DNA of 46,955 bases from the NCBI GenBank assembly GCA_964623775.1, contig CAZUVH010000001.1, positions 106,790 through 153,744 of the forward strand, read 5' to 3'. Source of the DNA: an uncultured Candidatus Saccharibacteria bacterium. Lineage in GTDB: Bacteria; Patescibacteriota; Minisyncoccia; Phycocordibacterales; UBA2100. Below are positions 36,845 through 45,906 of the stretch, one piece after another. The translations under genes and the position numbers were made by a program. The first letter of the stretch is position 1. Each line of letters begins with the position of its first letter. Below the pieces are notes generated by a model. It did not search any database. It had not been told where the DNA came from and saw nothing but the letters and a program-made list of their open reading frames with translations.

Positions 36845-36888
36845 CTGTACACAACGTGTTGATAAGAGGGGGATAGTGTTGTGGATAA
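36845..36888. promoter_or_regulatory. Cluster of DnaA-box-like motifs
   Basis: TGTGGATAA (36880-36888, consensus), TGTTGATAA (36857-36865), CTGTACACA (36845-36853). Confidence 0.5.
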
Positions 36889-36972
36889 GACCGCTATCTA
36901 TTTACATATACTGGAGTCTAATTAGAATAGTTGCAGTTCTCTGACAGTCGCTTCGAAAGAGAGGAGGTAGGA

Positions 36973-37758
36973 ATGGCCAATCGCAAAAAGCTTATTCGGC
37001 GCGTACAAGATCCGCAAGTGAGCAAGGCACTCCTCGGCGACTTCTTTCCCGAGGACATTCACACATATCGCGTCGATCGTCATAATTTCATCGTATATCT
37101 CGGCGGCGATCCCAATGCACACACCGAAGGCGACAATAGTGAGCCGGGTGTCGAGTTCAATATGGCTGATCGCTTCGAGCGTAATCTCGATATGTTGAGT
37201 GGTATCGACCCCGAGAGGTCAATCCTCATCAAGATGTCGAGCTGCGGCGGATATTGGGAAGAGGGGATGAAGATTTTCGGCGCCATACTTACATGTCCGA
37301 ATCCTGTCACGGTACTCGGCACCAAATGGTGTCGTTCGATGACCTCTATCATTCCGCTTGCGGCAGACAAATTCGTGATCCGTCCACCGGCGCAGTACAT
37401 GTTCCATCATGGTACATACGCGATCAACAAGACCGTGCAGGAAGTGAAAACTGATATGGTCGAGATGGAGAAGCAGACGGAGATGATGCTCCGCATCTAT
37501 GTCGCTCGTCTCAAGTCGCAGGGCATCCATAAGTCGGACAGCGAGGAGGATATTAAAAAGATGCTCTCCGACTATATGGAGAAAAAGATCGACGTGTGGC
37601 TCTCGGCAGATGAGGCGCAGCGTTGGGGTTTTACCGACGGTGTATTCGAGGGCAATCGGAAAACACTCCGTGCCACGAAAGTAAACACTGCGCGCCGTGA
37701 GCGCATGAGAGCGGTACTTCGCGAGAAGTTACGCTTCATACCTTCGAAAATTGGATAA
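36973..37758 (+). CDS. Divergent ClpP-family serine protease
   Basis: SSCGG, CRSMTS (Ser), MFHHG (His), DVWLSADEA (Asp); GAGGAGGT SD. Confidence 0.85.
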   Translation: MANRKKLIRRVQDPQVSKALLGDFFPEDIHTYRVDRHNFIVYLGGDPNAHTEGDNSEPGVEFNMADRFERNLDMLSGIDPERSILIKMSSCGGYWEEGMKIFGAILTCPNPVTVLGTKWCRSMTSIIPLAADKFVIRPPAQYMFHHGTYAINKTVQEVKTDMVEMEKQTEMMLRIYVARLKSQGIHKSDSEEDIKKMLSDYMEKKIDVWLSADEAQRWGFTDGVFEGNRKTLRATKVNTARRERMRAVLREKLRFIPSKIG

Positions 37759-37832
37759 AAGTGTGAGGCCGATCCTTTGGATCGGCCTCTTTCTATTACG
37801 GTTGATTTGCGCAACCGTAGTATAATTTTCGA

Positions 37833-38486
37833 GTGAGAAACGTAATTGCCCACCACCGTCACTATCTCTCGCAAAGGGCATACAAGAGATCCTTTGTGTT
37901 CTCGGCAATTTTTTCCCTTGCGAGCATCTCGGCAAACTATGCCGCCGGTATCTATGCAACGCAGCGCGCGAGCAATCACGTGGAAGACATCATCCTCTCC
38001 AATATCCCTGTGATGGATGTGAGTGCGTATTTTGTGTGGGGCGCGATCGCGCTCATTGTGTTCGTCACGCTCCTTTGCATCATGGATGCGCGCAGAATCC
38101 CGTTTACCCTCTATGCGATGGGTATGTTTTACCTCGTCCGAGCGATGTTTGTGACCCTCACTCACTTGGGGGGATACCCCGATCGCATGCTTATAGATGA
38201 GGGATGGATCATGAATCAGCTCTTCGGTGGTAACGACCTCTTTTTCTCAGGACACACGGGTGCGCCTTTTATGCTCGCGCTTGTGTATTGGCGCGAAACG
38301 GTTCTGCGATTCATTTTCCTCATGTGGTCGCTCTCAATGGGAGTCATCGTGCTTCTGGGGCATGTGCATTACTCGATCGACGTACTCTCGGCATTTTTCA
38401 TCACGTATTCCGTCTTCCAACTCACGTGCTGGCTGTTCCCGCAAGACCGTGAGCGCTTCAACGACGCCGAAGCGGTGGTGAGGTGA
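37833..38486 (+). CDS. PAP2/sphingomyelin-synthase-like membrane phosphoesterase
   Basis: Six TM segments; DLFFSGHTG and HYSIDV catalytic motifs. Confidence 0.82.
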   Translation: MRNVIAHHRHYLSQRAYKRSFVFSAIFSLASISANYAAGIYATQRASNHVEDIILSNIPVMDVSAYFVWGAIALIVFVTLLCIMDARRIPFTLYAMGMFYLVRAMFVTLTHLGGYPDRMLIDEGWIMNQLFGGNDLFFSGHTGAPFMLALVYWRETVLRFIFLMWSLSMGVIVLLGHVHYSIDVLSAFFITYSVFQLTCWLFPQDRERFNDAEAVVR

Positions 38487-38562
38487 GGAGTGTTACCATT
38501 TCTTCACACAAACGTAGTTGAAATGAGAGACACTACATTTATTAGAGTACTATTATAGATAT

Positions 38563-39387
38563 ATGGACCAAAACACAGCAGAAAAGTTTATTGGTGCGAC
38601 CCACTGGATCCGCATAATGGCAGCGGCGGCGCTCGGCGTTCTTGCGCTGTTCTTGCTCGCGGCCACGATTGCACAGCTCAAGGGCATTCGCTTTATCGGT
38701 AGCGGTGTCACCGCGACCAACACGATCACCGTGCAAGGTGAGGGAGAGGTATTTGCGGTACCGGATACAGCCACATTCAGCGTGACGGTGCAAGAAGATG
38801 CCAAAGACGTAAAGACCGCGCAAGCAGCAGCGACAAAAAAGAACAACGACATCGTCGCATACTTGCGCAATGCCGGCGTTGATTCAAAGGATGTTCAGAC
38901 ATCGGATTACAACGTCTATCCCCAGTATGATTACTCTCAAGGAATCTGCCGTGACGGATATTGCCCTCCGGGCAAACAGACGCTTCGCGGCTACCAAGTG
39001 TCACAGACGCTTACCGTGAAAGTCCGCGATACGGACAAGGCGGGAGATCTTCTCGCGGGAGTGGGATCACTCGGAGCCGCTCAAGTGAGTGGTCTCAACT
39101 TCACGCTCGGCGAAGATGATCAGCGCGCGAAAGAGGCTGAGGCACGCGGCAAGGCGATTGAGAATGCGCGCGAAAAGGCCGAAGAACTGGCCAAGCAGCT
39201 TGGCGTGGAGGTCGTTCGTGTCGTCGGCTTCAACGAGGGCGGCGGATACGGCGGCGTCTATTATGCCAAGGCAGAAATGGCCATGGCTGCAGACGGTCGC
39301 GGCGGTGCAATGCCACCGTCTCCGGAGTTGCCCGTGGGACAGAACAAGATCACCTCAAGCGTCTCGGTGACCTACGAAATTCAGTAA
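38563..39387 (+). CDS. SIMPL (DUF541) domain protein
   Basis: TM, ITVQGEGEVFAVPDTA, AIENAREKAEELAKQLGV, SVSVTYEI. Confidence 0.9.
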   Translation: MDQNTAEKFIGATHWIRIMAAAALGVLALFLLAATIAQLKGIRFIGSGVTATNTITVQGEGEVFAVPDTATFSVTVQEDAKDVKTAQAAATKKNNDIVAYLRNAGVDSKDVQTSDYNVYPQYDYSQGICRDGYCPPGKQTLRGYQVSQTLTVKVRDTDKAGDLLAGVGSLGAAQVSGLNFTLGEDDQRAKEAEARGKAIENAREKAEELAKQLGVEVVRVVGFNEGGGYGGVYYAKAEMAMAADGRGGAMPPSPELPVGQNKITSSVSVTYEIQ

Positions 39388-39388
39388 C

Positions 39389-39550
39389 ATGGGGAGCGAC
39401 GTGCCCGGCAAGCTGTTGGTGATGATCGCGCTCGCGATCGGGGGAGGGCTTATGTTCTACACCCCGTCGAACGACATGATCTACTACGGCGCCTGGAGCC
39501 TCGTCGTCACGCTCACTGTCATCGGTCTCATCAATTGGAACGTGAAATAG
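39389..39550 (+). CDS. Small two-TM membrane protein (53 aa, below the ORF track cutoff)
   Basis: Starts 1 nt after the SIMPL stop; MGSDVPGKLLVMIALAIGGGLMFYTPSNDMIYYGAWSLVVTLTVIGLINWNVK. Confidence 0.6.
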   Translation: MGSDVPGKLLVMIALAIGGGLMFYTPSNDMIYYGAWSLVVTLTVIGLINWNVK

Positions 39551-39611
39551 ATTGACTTCGTCGAGTGGTGCCTATAGCTTGTCGGCAGAGCGATCATTAA
39601 CAGAAAGCTTC

Positions 39612-39684
39612 GTGGCGGGATGCCACCTCTTCCACTCCACCTCGCAGGCGGGATGCGTGCGAGTACAAAGCGGCGGGATGCCGC
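39612..39684 (+). promoter_or_regulatory. Three tandem hairpins with GGGAU loops in a 5' leader
   Basis: gtggc-GGGAT-gccac, ctcgcaggc-GGGAT-gcgtgcgag, gcggc-GGGAT-gccgc, then AAGGAG. Confidence 0.75.
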
Positions 39685-39697
39685 AAGGAGAACTACG

Positions 39698-40165
39698 ATG
39701 GTACGTTACAGCAGTAAGTTGGATGCCTTCAAAAAAGAGTTCCCGTTCATCCAGTACTACATTTCGAATCTCGATGTGCGGACAGCGCAGGTCAAGCGCG
39801 TTGATGAGGAGTTGCTCAATCTGACTCGCTACCGAGTCTGGCATGAAGAGCCCCTACTGGTACCCATGTACAGATGGTCGAGGATTTTCCTCTTGAACGC
39901 AGCAGGGAGGACGATCGAAGAGGTCTGTAAAAACGAATCAGTCTGGGAGACGTTAAGACGCCTGATCTTTTTTGATCGTGCGAGAGCAGATGATATTTGC
40001 TTCATCATGGTCCTGAGTCCCGAAGAATACTCGAATTTCTTTGCTTCGACCTGGGAGCTCACTGTCCACAAACTACCAAAGGGCCGCACAATGTCGTCTT
40101 GGCTTGAAGAGCGAAGGCTCGCGGCTGAGGGTGAATTGAGGACCCAGACGGAAGTAGAGGGTTAA
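39698..40165 (+). CDS. Hypothetical protein, probable paralog of 44148-44747
   Basis: AAGGAG SD before ATG 39698; terminator at about 40174-40204; shared motif order with the 44148 protein. Confidence 0.7.
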   Translation: MVRYSSKLDAFKKEFPFIQYYISNLDVRTAQVKRVDEELLNLTRYRVWHEEPLLVPMYRWSRIFLLNAAGRTIEEVCKNESVWETLRRLIFFDRARADDICFIMVLSPEEYSNFFASTWELTVHKLPKGRTMSSWLEERRLAAEGELRTQTEVEG

Positions 40166-40295
40166 GAGCACTACCCGTGCCTGGACTGAAGCTCCAGGCA
40201 CGGGCTTGACTTTTGGCTGGAATGCGCTATCATTCTCACTATCAAAACGCCGCAAGGCGTTTTAAAAATGGCAAAATTATCCCTAATTTATTCCT

Positions 40296-40607
40296 ATGAA
40301 CGCAATCACAAAATACCTTCAAGATACCCGCGCAGAGATGCGACATGTCGCATGGCCGACGCAAATGCAGACGATCATCTACACCGTCTTGGTGGCGCTG
40401 CTCTCTGTCGGTGTCGCGCTCTACCTCGGTCTCTTTGATTACATTTTTACCTCCACACTCGCCCGCACACTCGACGCTCTTCCGTCGACAGGCATTCAAG
40501 TGACTCAGCAGCCGATCGCACCCACAGGCTCTACAGAGACGACTCCGCTTGCACCTGTCGAGAACGCGGGCACGTTTAACATCGTTCCGAGCGAGACCAA
40601 TCAATAA
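40296..40607 (+). CDS. secE: Preprotein translocase subunit SecE
   Basis: YLQDTRAEMRHVAWPT, TM, GLFD; upstream of nusG. Confidence 0.93.
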   Translation: MNAITKYLQDTRAEMRHVAWPTQMQTIIYTVLVALLSVGVALYLGLFDYIFTSTLARTLDALPSTGIQVTQQPIAPTGSTETTPLAPVENAGTFNIVPSETNQ

Positions 40608-40613
40608 ATCTAT

Positions 40614-41159
40614 ATGGCAAAACAAACATACGGCACAGAAAGACAGTGGTACGCGATTCACACCTACTCGGGATACGAAGACGCGGTAGCGCGCAATCTC
40701 AAGCAGCGTGTCGATTCATTCGGCATGGGCGATAAGATCTTCAACGTCGTTGTGCCTTCAGAGAAGAAGATCAAGATCAAAAATGGCCGCAAGACCGAGA
40801 CGAAAGAAAAAATCTTCCCAGGCTACGTGCTCGTCGATATGATCGCGACCGATGAAGCGTGGAGCGTCGTGCGCAACACGCCGCAGGTCACGGGATTCGT
40901 CGGGACCGCCAATCAGGCAGTGCCACTCGAGCCGGCAGAAGTAGACAAGATTTTGAAGCGCGTCGGCGGCGACATTGTGCGCCACGCGATCGACCTCGCA
41001 CTCGATGACGCAGTGATCATCATCGACGGCCCGTTCAAGGATCTCGAAGGCAAGGTAGGGGAGATCGACGAAGAGCGCGGCAAGGTCAAAGTCCTCGTCC
41101 CGATGTTCGGCCGCGAGACTCCGGTAGAGCTCGAAGCTGATCAGGTGCAGCGCGTTTAA
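40614..41159 (+). CDS. nusG: Transcription termination/antitermination factor NusG
   Basis: WYAIHTYSGYE, FPGYVLV, VRNTPQVTGFVG, MFGRETPVEL. Confidence 0.98.
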   Translation: MAKQTYGTERQWYAIHTYSGYEDAVARNLKQRVDSFGMGDKIFNVVVPSEKKIKIKNGRKTETKEKIFPGYVLVDMIATDEAWSVVRNTPQVTGFVGTANQAVPLEPAEVDKILKRVGGDIVRHAIDLALDDAVIIIDGPFKDLEGKVGEIDEERGKVKVLVPMFGRETPVELEADQVQRV

Positions 41160-41214
41160 TTAAAAAATAGTGACATGCTATGCTGACCTCCAGGTAACAC
41201 TGGAGGTTTTTGCA

Positions 41215-41685
41215 ATGAGTGAAGGTGAAAAAGGTTGCGGCGAAGAAGGCCATGTGTGCTCGTGCGCGAGCGATCCGGCGCCTCGTCCTGGCTCGGACCT
41301 CGCAATGTCTCTCGAGGGATGGATCATCCATGAGCTCGGGGTGACCGAAGAGCGATTGCAGATGCAAAGCAGGGATATGGTGAATGTCACGTACGGCGTG
41401 GTGACCGCGATCCATATGTGCATCATGCACGTGGCAATCACCGCGCGGCACGACGAAATTGCGGCTGCATACAAGAAGGCCGTGCTCGATGTTGCCCAGG
41501 CTGCCGGCAGCGAGGACGAAGGAGTTCAATTTCTAAAATACATCGGTCTCGGCGTTTTCCGGAAGCTCTCGCTTGAAAAAGCGGGCAAGTCATCCTTCGC
41601 AGATGACAAGTGGAATGATTACTGGATGGAACTCAATACTGTGGGGGGCAAGTTTGAAGCCGAAATGAAACGAGTGTGGGGATAA
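41215..41685 (+). CDS. Hypothetical helical protein
   Basis: TGCTATGCT promoter, GGAGG SD, ATG 41215, followed by a palindromic terminator. Confidence 0.6.
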   Translation: MSEGEKGCGEEGHVCSCASDPAPRPGSDLAMSLEGWIIHELGVTEERLQMQSRDMVNVTYGVVTAIHMCIMHVAITARHDEIAAAYKKAVLDVAQAAGSEDEGVQFLKYIGLGVFRKLSLEKAGKSSFADDKWNDYWMELNTVGGKFEAEMKRVWG

Positions 41686-41691
41686 AAATAG

Positions 41692-41719
41692 TGCCCCGGC
41701 GTACATGTACGCCGGGGCA
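41692..41719. terminator. Perfect palindrome, bidirectional terminator
   Basis: tgccccggcgtaca-tgtacgccggggca flanked by A and T tracts between convergent genes. Confidence 0.7.
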
Positions 41720-41725
41720 ATTTTG

Positions 41726-43444
41726 TTATTCGAACGGAGGAGCAATAGCCATTTCTGACGCGAACTTCACGCGCCACAGCGTTTTATCCAGCGACTCGAT
41801 GTCTTTCGGCATAAACACGGCGACATTCACGTGCGATACGTATTTCTGCAGCGCTTGCCTCGTGCTCGCACCGACACCATCGCCGGAAGATCCAGAGAGA
41901 GCAGAGCCGCCGAAGGCCATGCCGACCGTCGCACCGGTGATGCGCGTGTTCACGTACTTCTGCGCCGCGCCGCGATAGTGTAGGCAGAAATCGAGCGCAT
42001 ATTCAGGATCGCGAGTGAAGATGCCCCCCGTGAGGCCAAAGAGGCATGTCTCGAAGATCCGCCGTGCTTCATCGCGCGTATCCGTGAACCACAGCGTGAC
42101 GCACATGCCGAAGATTTCGGTCGAGCGAAGCTGCCAAAGCAGCTTGTCGTCTTTGTACGCTTTTTGCTGCGCGACCAGGATTCGAGGTGCAAAATCGAAA
42201 GCATCCCGATTCCTGATCTCCTTAGACCAATACGTATGGACGAGCCCCTCGCCGGTGAGCTGCCGTACCGTTGCGGTACAGCGGTCGGCCGCATCCTTCG
42301 ATATGAGTGCGCCGCACTGATTGGCAAGGTATTTCACATCACCGAAGCTCACATCGAGAAGAGCTTTAATGAACTTGCGCTCAAACTCAACCCGTACTTT
42401 GTTGTCGATGATGAGGTGCCCGAGGTGCGAACACGTCTGACCGTTGTTGTTGATGAGCGAGTCGCGCGCGGCGATTACGGCTGCATCGATGTCCGCATCA
42501 TCAGCGACGATCAGCGCGTTGCATCCGCTCGTTTCGGCCGCGATTTCCTGCAGCTTGCCGCCATGGGGGCGCGGCTTGCTCATGACGTCGCGCTGGATAT
42601 TCCAGTACGCATCGTAGCTGCCGGTGAAAGTATAGCCGTTGACGTTTTCGTTCTCGAGCAGGAATCGTGCCATATCCGCTCCGTGGCCGGAGAGGAAATT
42701 CACGACGCCGTTGTTCTCGAGGCCGCATGCATCAAAGGCCGATTGAACGACCTTGTACATCATGTACGCCTGCAACGGCGTGTGGCCGGATGCCTTCATT
42801 ACAATTGCATTGCCGGTTACGAGTGCCATCGCGATCTTGTCCATCGGGATCGCTTGAGCAAAATTGAACGGCTCAATGTCGACGATGACACCCTTGGGCT
42901 CCCAGACAGTGCCGTTGAAATTGCACATAAATTCCGGCGCGATCGGCGAAGCCTCTGAGTACATTTCTTCCGCGAGCAGTGCCGCGCTGTTGCAAAAATC
43001 AATCACTTCGATGAACTCGCCGACGCCGTTGGGGAAGGGGCGTTTGCCGCCTTCGAGCGCCATGAGTGCGAGGAAGAGCCACATCTGATCACTGATCAGG
43101 TGCGCGATCGTGCGCACGAGCTTCACCCGGTCGGAGACTTTCACTTTTGCCCAGCGGGCCTGCGCTGCTTTCACAGCGATGAGCAAGTCGTTGAGACGTT
43201 CCTGTTCAGCTGGATCCGAAAGATCGTGTTTCGGAAAGAGAACTAAAGGGGCACTTGGATTGTTGGGATCGACTGTTGCGTACGAAACGCTATTGAGAGC
43301 AGTGATTTCTTTACCCGCAATAATATGCGGGTAAATCTTGTTCCTTGGTATGCAGAGTGCGTGCGCCTGCTGCAGGCCCGCATAGAATGCGTCCTGCTCG
43401 AGCTTGCTCTTGCCTGTCGGGTAGACCTTGCGTGGTTCAAACAC
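41726..43444 (-). CDS. Aldehyde dehydrogenase, P5C dehydrogenase (RocA/PruA)-like, divergent
   Basis: [23 protein letters not shown] (Glu), GQTCS (Cys), [13 protein letters not shown]; start set at GTG 43444 after AGGAG. Confidence 0.85.
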   Translation of the reverse strand: MFEPRKVYPTGKSKLEQDAFYAGLQQAHALCIPRNKIYPHIIAGKEITALNSVSYATVDPNNPSAPLVLFPKHDLSDPAEQERLNDLLIAVKAAQARWAKVKVSDRVKLVRTIAHLISDQMWLFLALMALEGGKRPFPNGVGEFIEVIDFCNSAALLAEEMYSEASPIAPEFMCNFNGTVWEPKGVIVDIEPFNFAQAIPMDKIAMALVTGNAIVMKASGHTPLQAYMMYKVVQSAFDACGLENNGVVNFLSGHGADMARFLLENENVNGYTFTGSYDAYWNIQRDVMSKPRPHGGKLQEIAAETSGCNALIVADDADIDAAVIAARDSLINNNGQTCSHLGHLIIDNKVRVEFERKFIKALLDVSFGDVKYLANQCGALISKDAADRCTATVRQLTGEGLVHTYWSKEIRNRDAFDFAPRILVAQQKAYKDDKLLWQLRSTEIFGMCVTLWFTDTRDEARRIFETCLFGLTGGIFTRDPEYALDFCLHYRGAAQKYVNTRITGATVGMAFGGSALSGSSGDGVGASTRQALQKYVSHVNVAVFMPKDIESLDKTLWRVKFASEMAIAPPFE

Positions 43445-43541
43445 TGCATTTCTCCTTTTGTTCACACTATTACCTGGGGCCACGCTACATTTTGGACCAA
43501 GTATTGTCAAAGCGGCTGAGACAGGATATAGTAGCCGCCAC

Positions 43542-43964
43542 ATGGCAAAAGAGGTAACCAAAATCATCAAGCTGCAGATTGAGGCCGGCAAGGCTACGCC
43601 TGCGCCGCCGGTTGGCACCGCGCTTGGTCCTGCGGGCGTCAACATCGGCGAATTCGTCAACCAGTTCAACAACCAGACCCGCCCACTCATGGGGAGCACC
43701 CTCCCGGTCCTTCTCACAGTCTACAAAGACCGCACCTTCACCTTCATCGTCAAGAAGCCGCCAGCCTCGCGCGCGATTTTGAAGAAATTGGGCATCGAGA
43801 AGGGCTCGACCAAGCCTCAGAACAAGATCGCAAAGCTCACCAAGCAGCAGCTCACCGAGCTCGCGACCGAGAAGATGGACGACCTCAACACCTCTGACAT
43901 CGAACGTGCCAAAAAGATCATCGCTGGCACTGCGCGATCAATGGGGATCGATTCGGACCTCTAA
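43542..43964 (+). CDS. rplK: 50S ribosomal protein L11
   Basis: [21 protein letters not shown]...[10 protein letters not shown]. Confidence 0.98.
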   Translation: MAKEVTKIIKLQIEAGKATPAPPVGTALGPAGVNIGEFVNQFNNQTRPLMGSTLPVLLTVYKDRTFTFIVKKPPASRAILKKLGIEKGSTKPQNKIAKLTKQQLTELATEKMDDLNTSDIERAKKIIAGTARSMGIDSDL

Positions 43965-43982
43965 AATTCACAAACAAGTTTC

Positions 43983-44017
43983 AAGAGGCGGCACAGAAAG
44001 GTGCCGCCTCTTGTTTT
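43983..44017 (+). terminator. Intrinsic terminator after rplK
   Basis: caagaggcggcac-agaaag-gtgccgcctcttg followed by tttt. Confidence 0.8.
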
Positions 44018-44059
44018 AGTACAAGAAACATATATAAAGTCGCAAGCTAACGCACCGTC

Positions 44060-44195
44060 GCGTGTCGCTTCGGCGCGGGATAGCGCTCTCCGGAAGCGGC
44101 GTGTCGCCGCTTTCCTAAAACCGGCGTGTCGCCGGAGGAGGATTGCAATGGGAATGAGAGAAATCAGAGCCAAGATCCACATGGGGCGTGTCGCC
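44060..44195 (+). promoter_or_regulatory. Repeated GGC-GUGUC-GCC hairpins plus one GGGAUA hairpin in the leader and early CDS
   Basis: GCGTGTCGC at 44060, 44099, 44124 and 44186; gcgc-GGGATA-gcgc at 44073-44086. Confidence 0.75.
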
Positions 44196-44747
44196 GTAAG
44201 GCGAGCGGTTCGGAAAATTCTCAGGACATCGCCAGCGAGCTGGGACCACGTCGTTCGATTTGCACAAGACAAACGGACTCGCTGGACACCGGACATGATC
44301 CCGCTCGCTCGGCAGATGTATCTTTGGTACGGCCATAAGCCCATCGATCGATTGGGTAATGTGCCGCCCGAGAGTGCTATGCGAGGACATGTGTACCTCG
44401 TGGCGCATGATGGTGAGTTCCTCGCATACGTCGTCTCGCGTTCAGTGTTCGTCGATACGACTTGGGAAGATGTACTTCGGACAATAGTTGAGCTTGAAAG
44501 CCCCGATCGCGTCGCGTACGTCGCGCACGCGTACAAGGATTCTCACTGGGCTCACCCGCTCAGGTACAATTCCTACGGTTACTACGTTTGGAAGATGCCG
44601 CGTGAGCAGAGCCCTCTTGCGTGGGCAGAGTGGCATCTCGATTGGCTTGCAAAAGATCGTGCGGAAAAGCGCAGCGCGCGCGAAGCGAGAGACGCAGAGT
44701 ACAACGCAGCTGTGAATGCGCAGCACAACGCACTGTACGACGTCTGA
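44148..44747 (+). CDS. Hypothetical protein, probable paralog of 39698-40165
   Basis: GGAGGAGG SD before ATG 44148; terminator at about 44763-44790. Confidence 0.7.
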   Translation: MGMREIRAKIHMGRVAVRRAVRKILRTSPASWDHVVRFAQDKRTRWTPDMIPLARQMYLWYGHKPIDRLGNVPPESAMRGHVYLVAHDGEFLAYVVSRSVFVDTTWEDVLRTIVELESPDRVAYVAHAYKDSHWAHPLRYNSYGYYVWKMPREQSPLAWAEWHLDWLAKDRAEKRSAREARDAEYNAAVNAQHNALYDV

Positions 44748-44793
44748 TCTTTACGAAAAGAGAAAAGCCCCGACGAAAGTCGGGGCTTTTAAA

Positions 44794-45906
44794 TTACGGT
44801 CGCCATGCGAGATTGGCGAATGCGCGGTTCGTGTAATTACGGTCACTCGTCACTTCGCGCTCAATGTTGAGGAACGGGGGAAGGACGAGCTTTTGTGCCC
44901 TGTCAGTGAGCTCGATCTCGAGCAGGTAGACGATGTGATTACCGAGCGGAATGCAGTCGAGCTCAAAGTACTGGTTTTCGTACACAAAGCAGTGCCGGTG
45001 CTTTTTCACAATACGTGTGTTCGGCAAGATGAAATCGAGGCTCCACCGGTACTGGTCGGCGGTGATGAACTTTTCGTACTCGATATTTTTGCCAACAACG
45101 ATTTCTTTTTTCACCGTATGGAAGTACACATACTTGCCGTACTGTCCACGCTGGCGCACGCGTGGCGTCGCCTTTGGGTCTGCTGAGAAGAGATATGCCT
45201 GATCGATATCGATTTTCTGTGCGAATACCGGGAGCGATGCGAAATCGACAGGTGCGCAGAGGAATTTTCGCTCGTCTTCGATCGGCACCGGAATCCCAAG
45301 CACCGCGCAGATTTCTTGCTCGATCCTTTTGAGTTTTCCTGCCCAATCGGTCGAGTTGTCGATCACACGCAGGTGCGGATGACCGACCCACGCTTTGAGC
45401 GTGGCCTCATCCATGACACGCGCCTGGTCGACGTCCTCGAGTCGGTGCGGGTTGTTGTGCTTCAGTTGATCGTACAGATCAGGACGATCGTAGGCGAGCG
45501 AACGCAGAAAAATCGCAGCCTTGTAGCGGCGATCTCGCGCCTCAATAGGGTCGAGATTGACTTCGCTCAAAATTTCTTCGTAGAGCCCATTTGGTGAGTA
45601 CGGCTCGCAATCGGGTACGCCGCGGTTGCAAAGCACGAGCGGTAGCGGGTGGTTGCTTTCGAACGCTGCTCGTTTTGCGGCATCCTCAAGATGTACTGTA
45701 GTCAGTATGACGCCGCGCTGGAAGGTTTTCAGGGGTAGGTTGCTCGGCTTCAAATTACTCGACATATGGAGTGTCGCGGATTCTGTCGTGTAGAACGGAA
45801 GGTAGCCGAGGTCACCGAATTTTTGGACGATGAAAGGCTTGCATCCATCTTTACCACTGAGCGGTCCGCCGGGAACTGCTATGACCGGGACTTCTTGATC
45901 CGACAT
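44794..45906 (-). CDS. P-loop NTPase/kinase (AAA_28-like) fused to a CYTH domain
   Basis: GGPLSGKD, ESAT, CNRG, WVGHPHLRVIDNS; CYTH motifs EDERKF, RVRQRG, FELD, LLEIE. Confidence 0.8.
   Translation of the reverse strand: MSDQEVPVIAVPGGPLSGKDGCKPFIVQKFGDLGYLPFYTTESATLHMSSNLKPSNLPLKTFQRGVILTTVHLEDAAKRAAFESNHPLPLVLCNRGVPDCEPYSPNGLYEEILSEVNLDPIEARDRRYKAAIFLRSLAYDRPDLYDQLKHNNPHRLEDVDQARVMDEATLKAWVGHPHLRVIDNSTDWAGKLKRIEQEICAVLGIPVPIEDERKFLCAPVDFASLPVFAQKIDIDQAYLFSADPKATPRVRQRGQYGKYVYFHTVKKEIVVGKNIEYEKFITADQYRWSLDFILPNTRIVKKHRHCFVYENQYFELDCIPLGNHIVYLLEIELTDRAQKLVLPPFLNIEREVTSDRNYTNRAFANLAWRP

Noticed and set aside
43445-43717. N-terminal extension of the 663-aa minus-strand ORF
   Set aside because: It overlaps rplK antisense; an AGGAG SD supports GTG 43444 as the real start
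39612-44195. Leader hairpin repeats as mini-CRISPR arrays
   Set aside because: The repeats are only 9-11 nt, irregularly spaced, and there are no cas genes in the window
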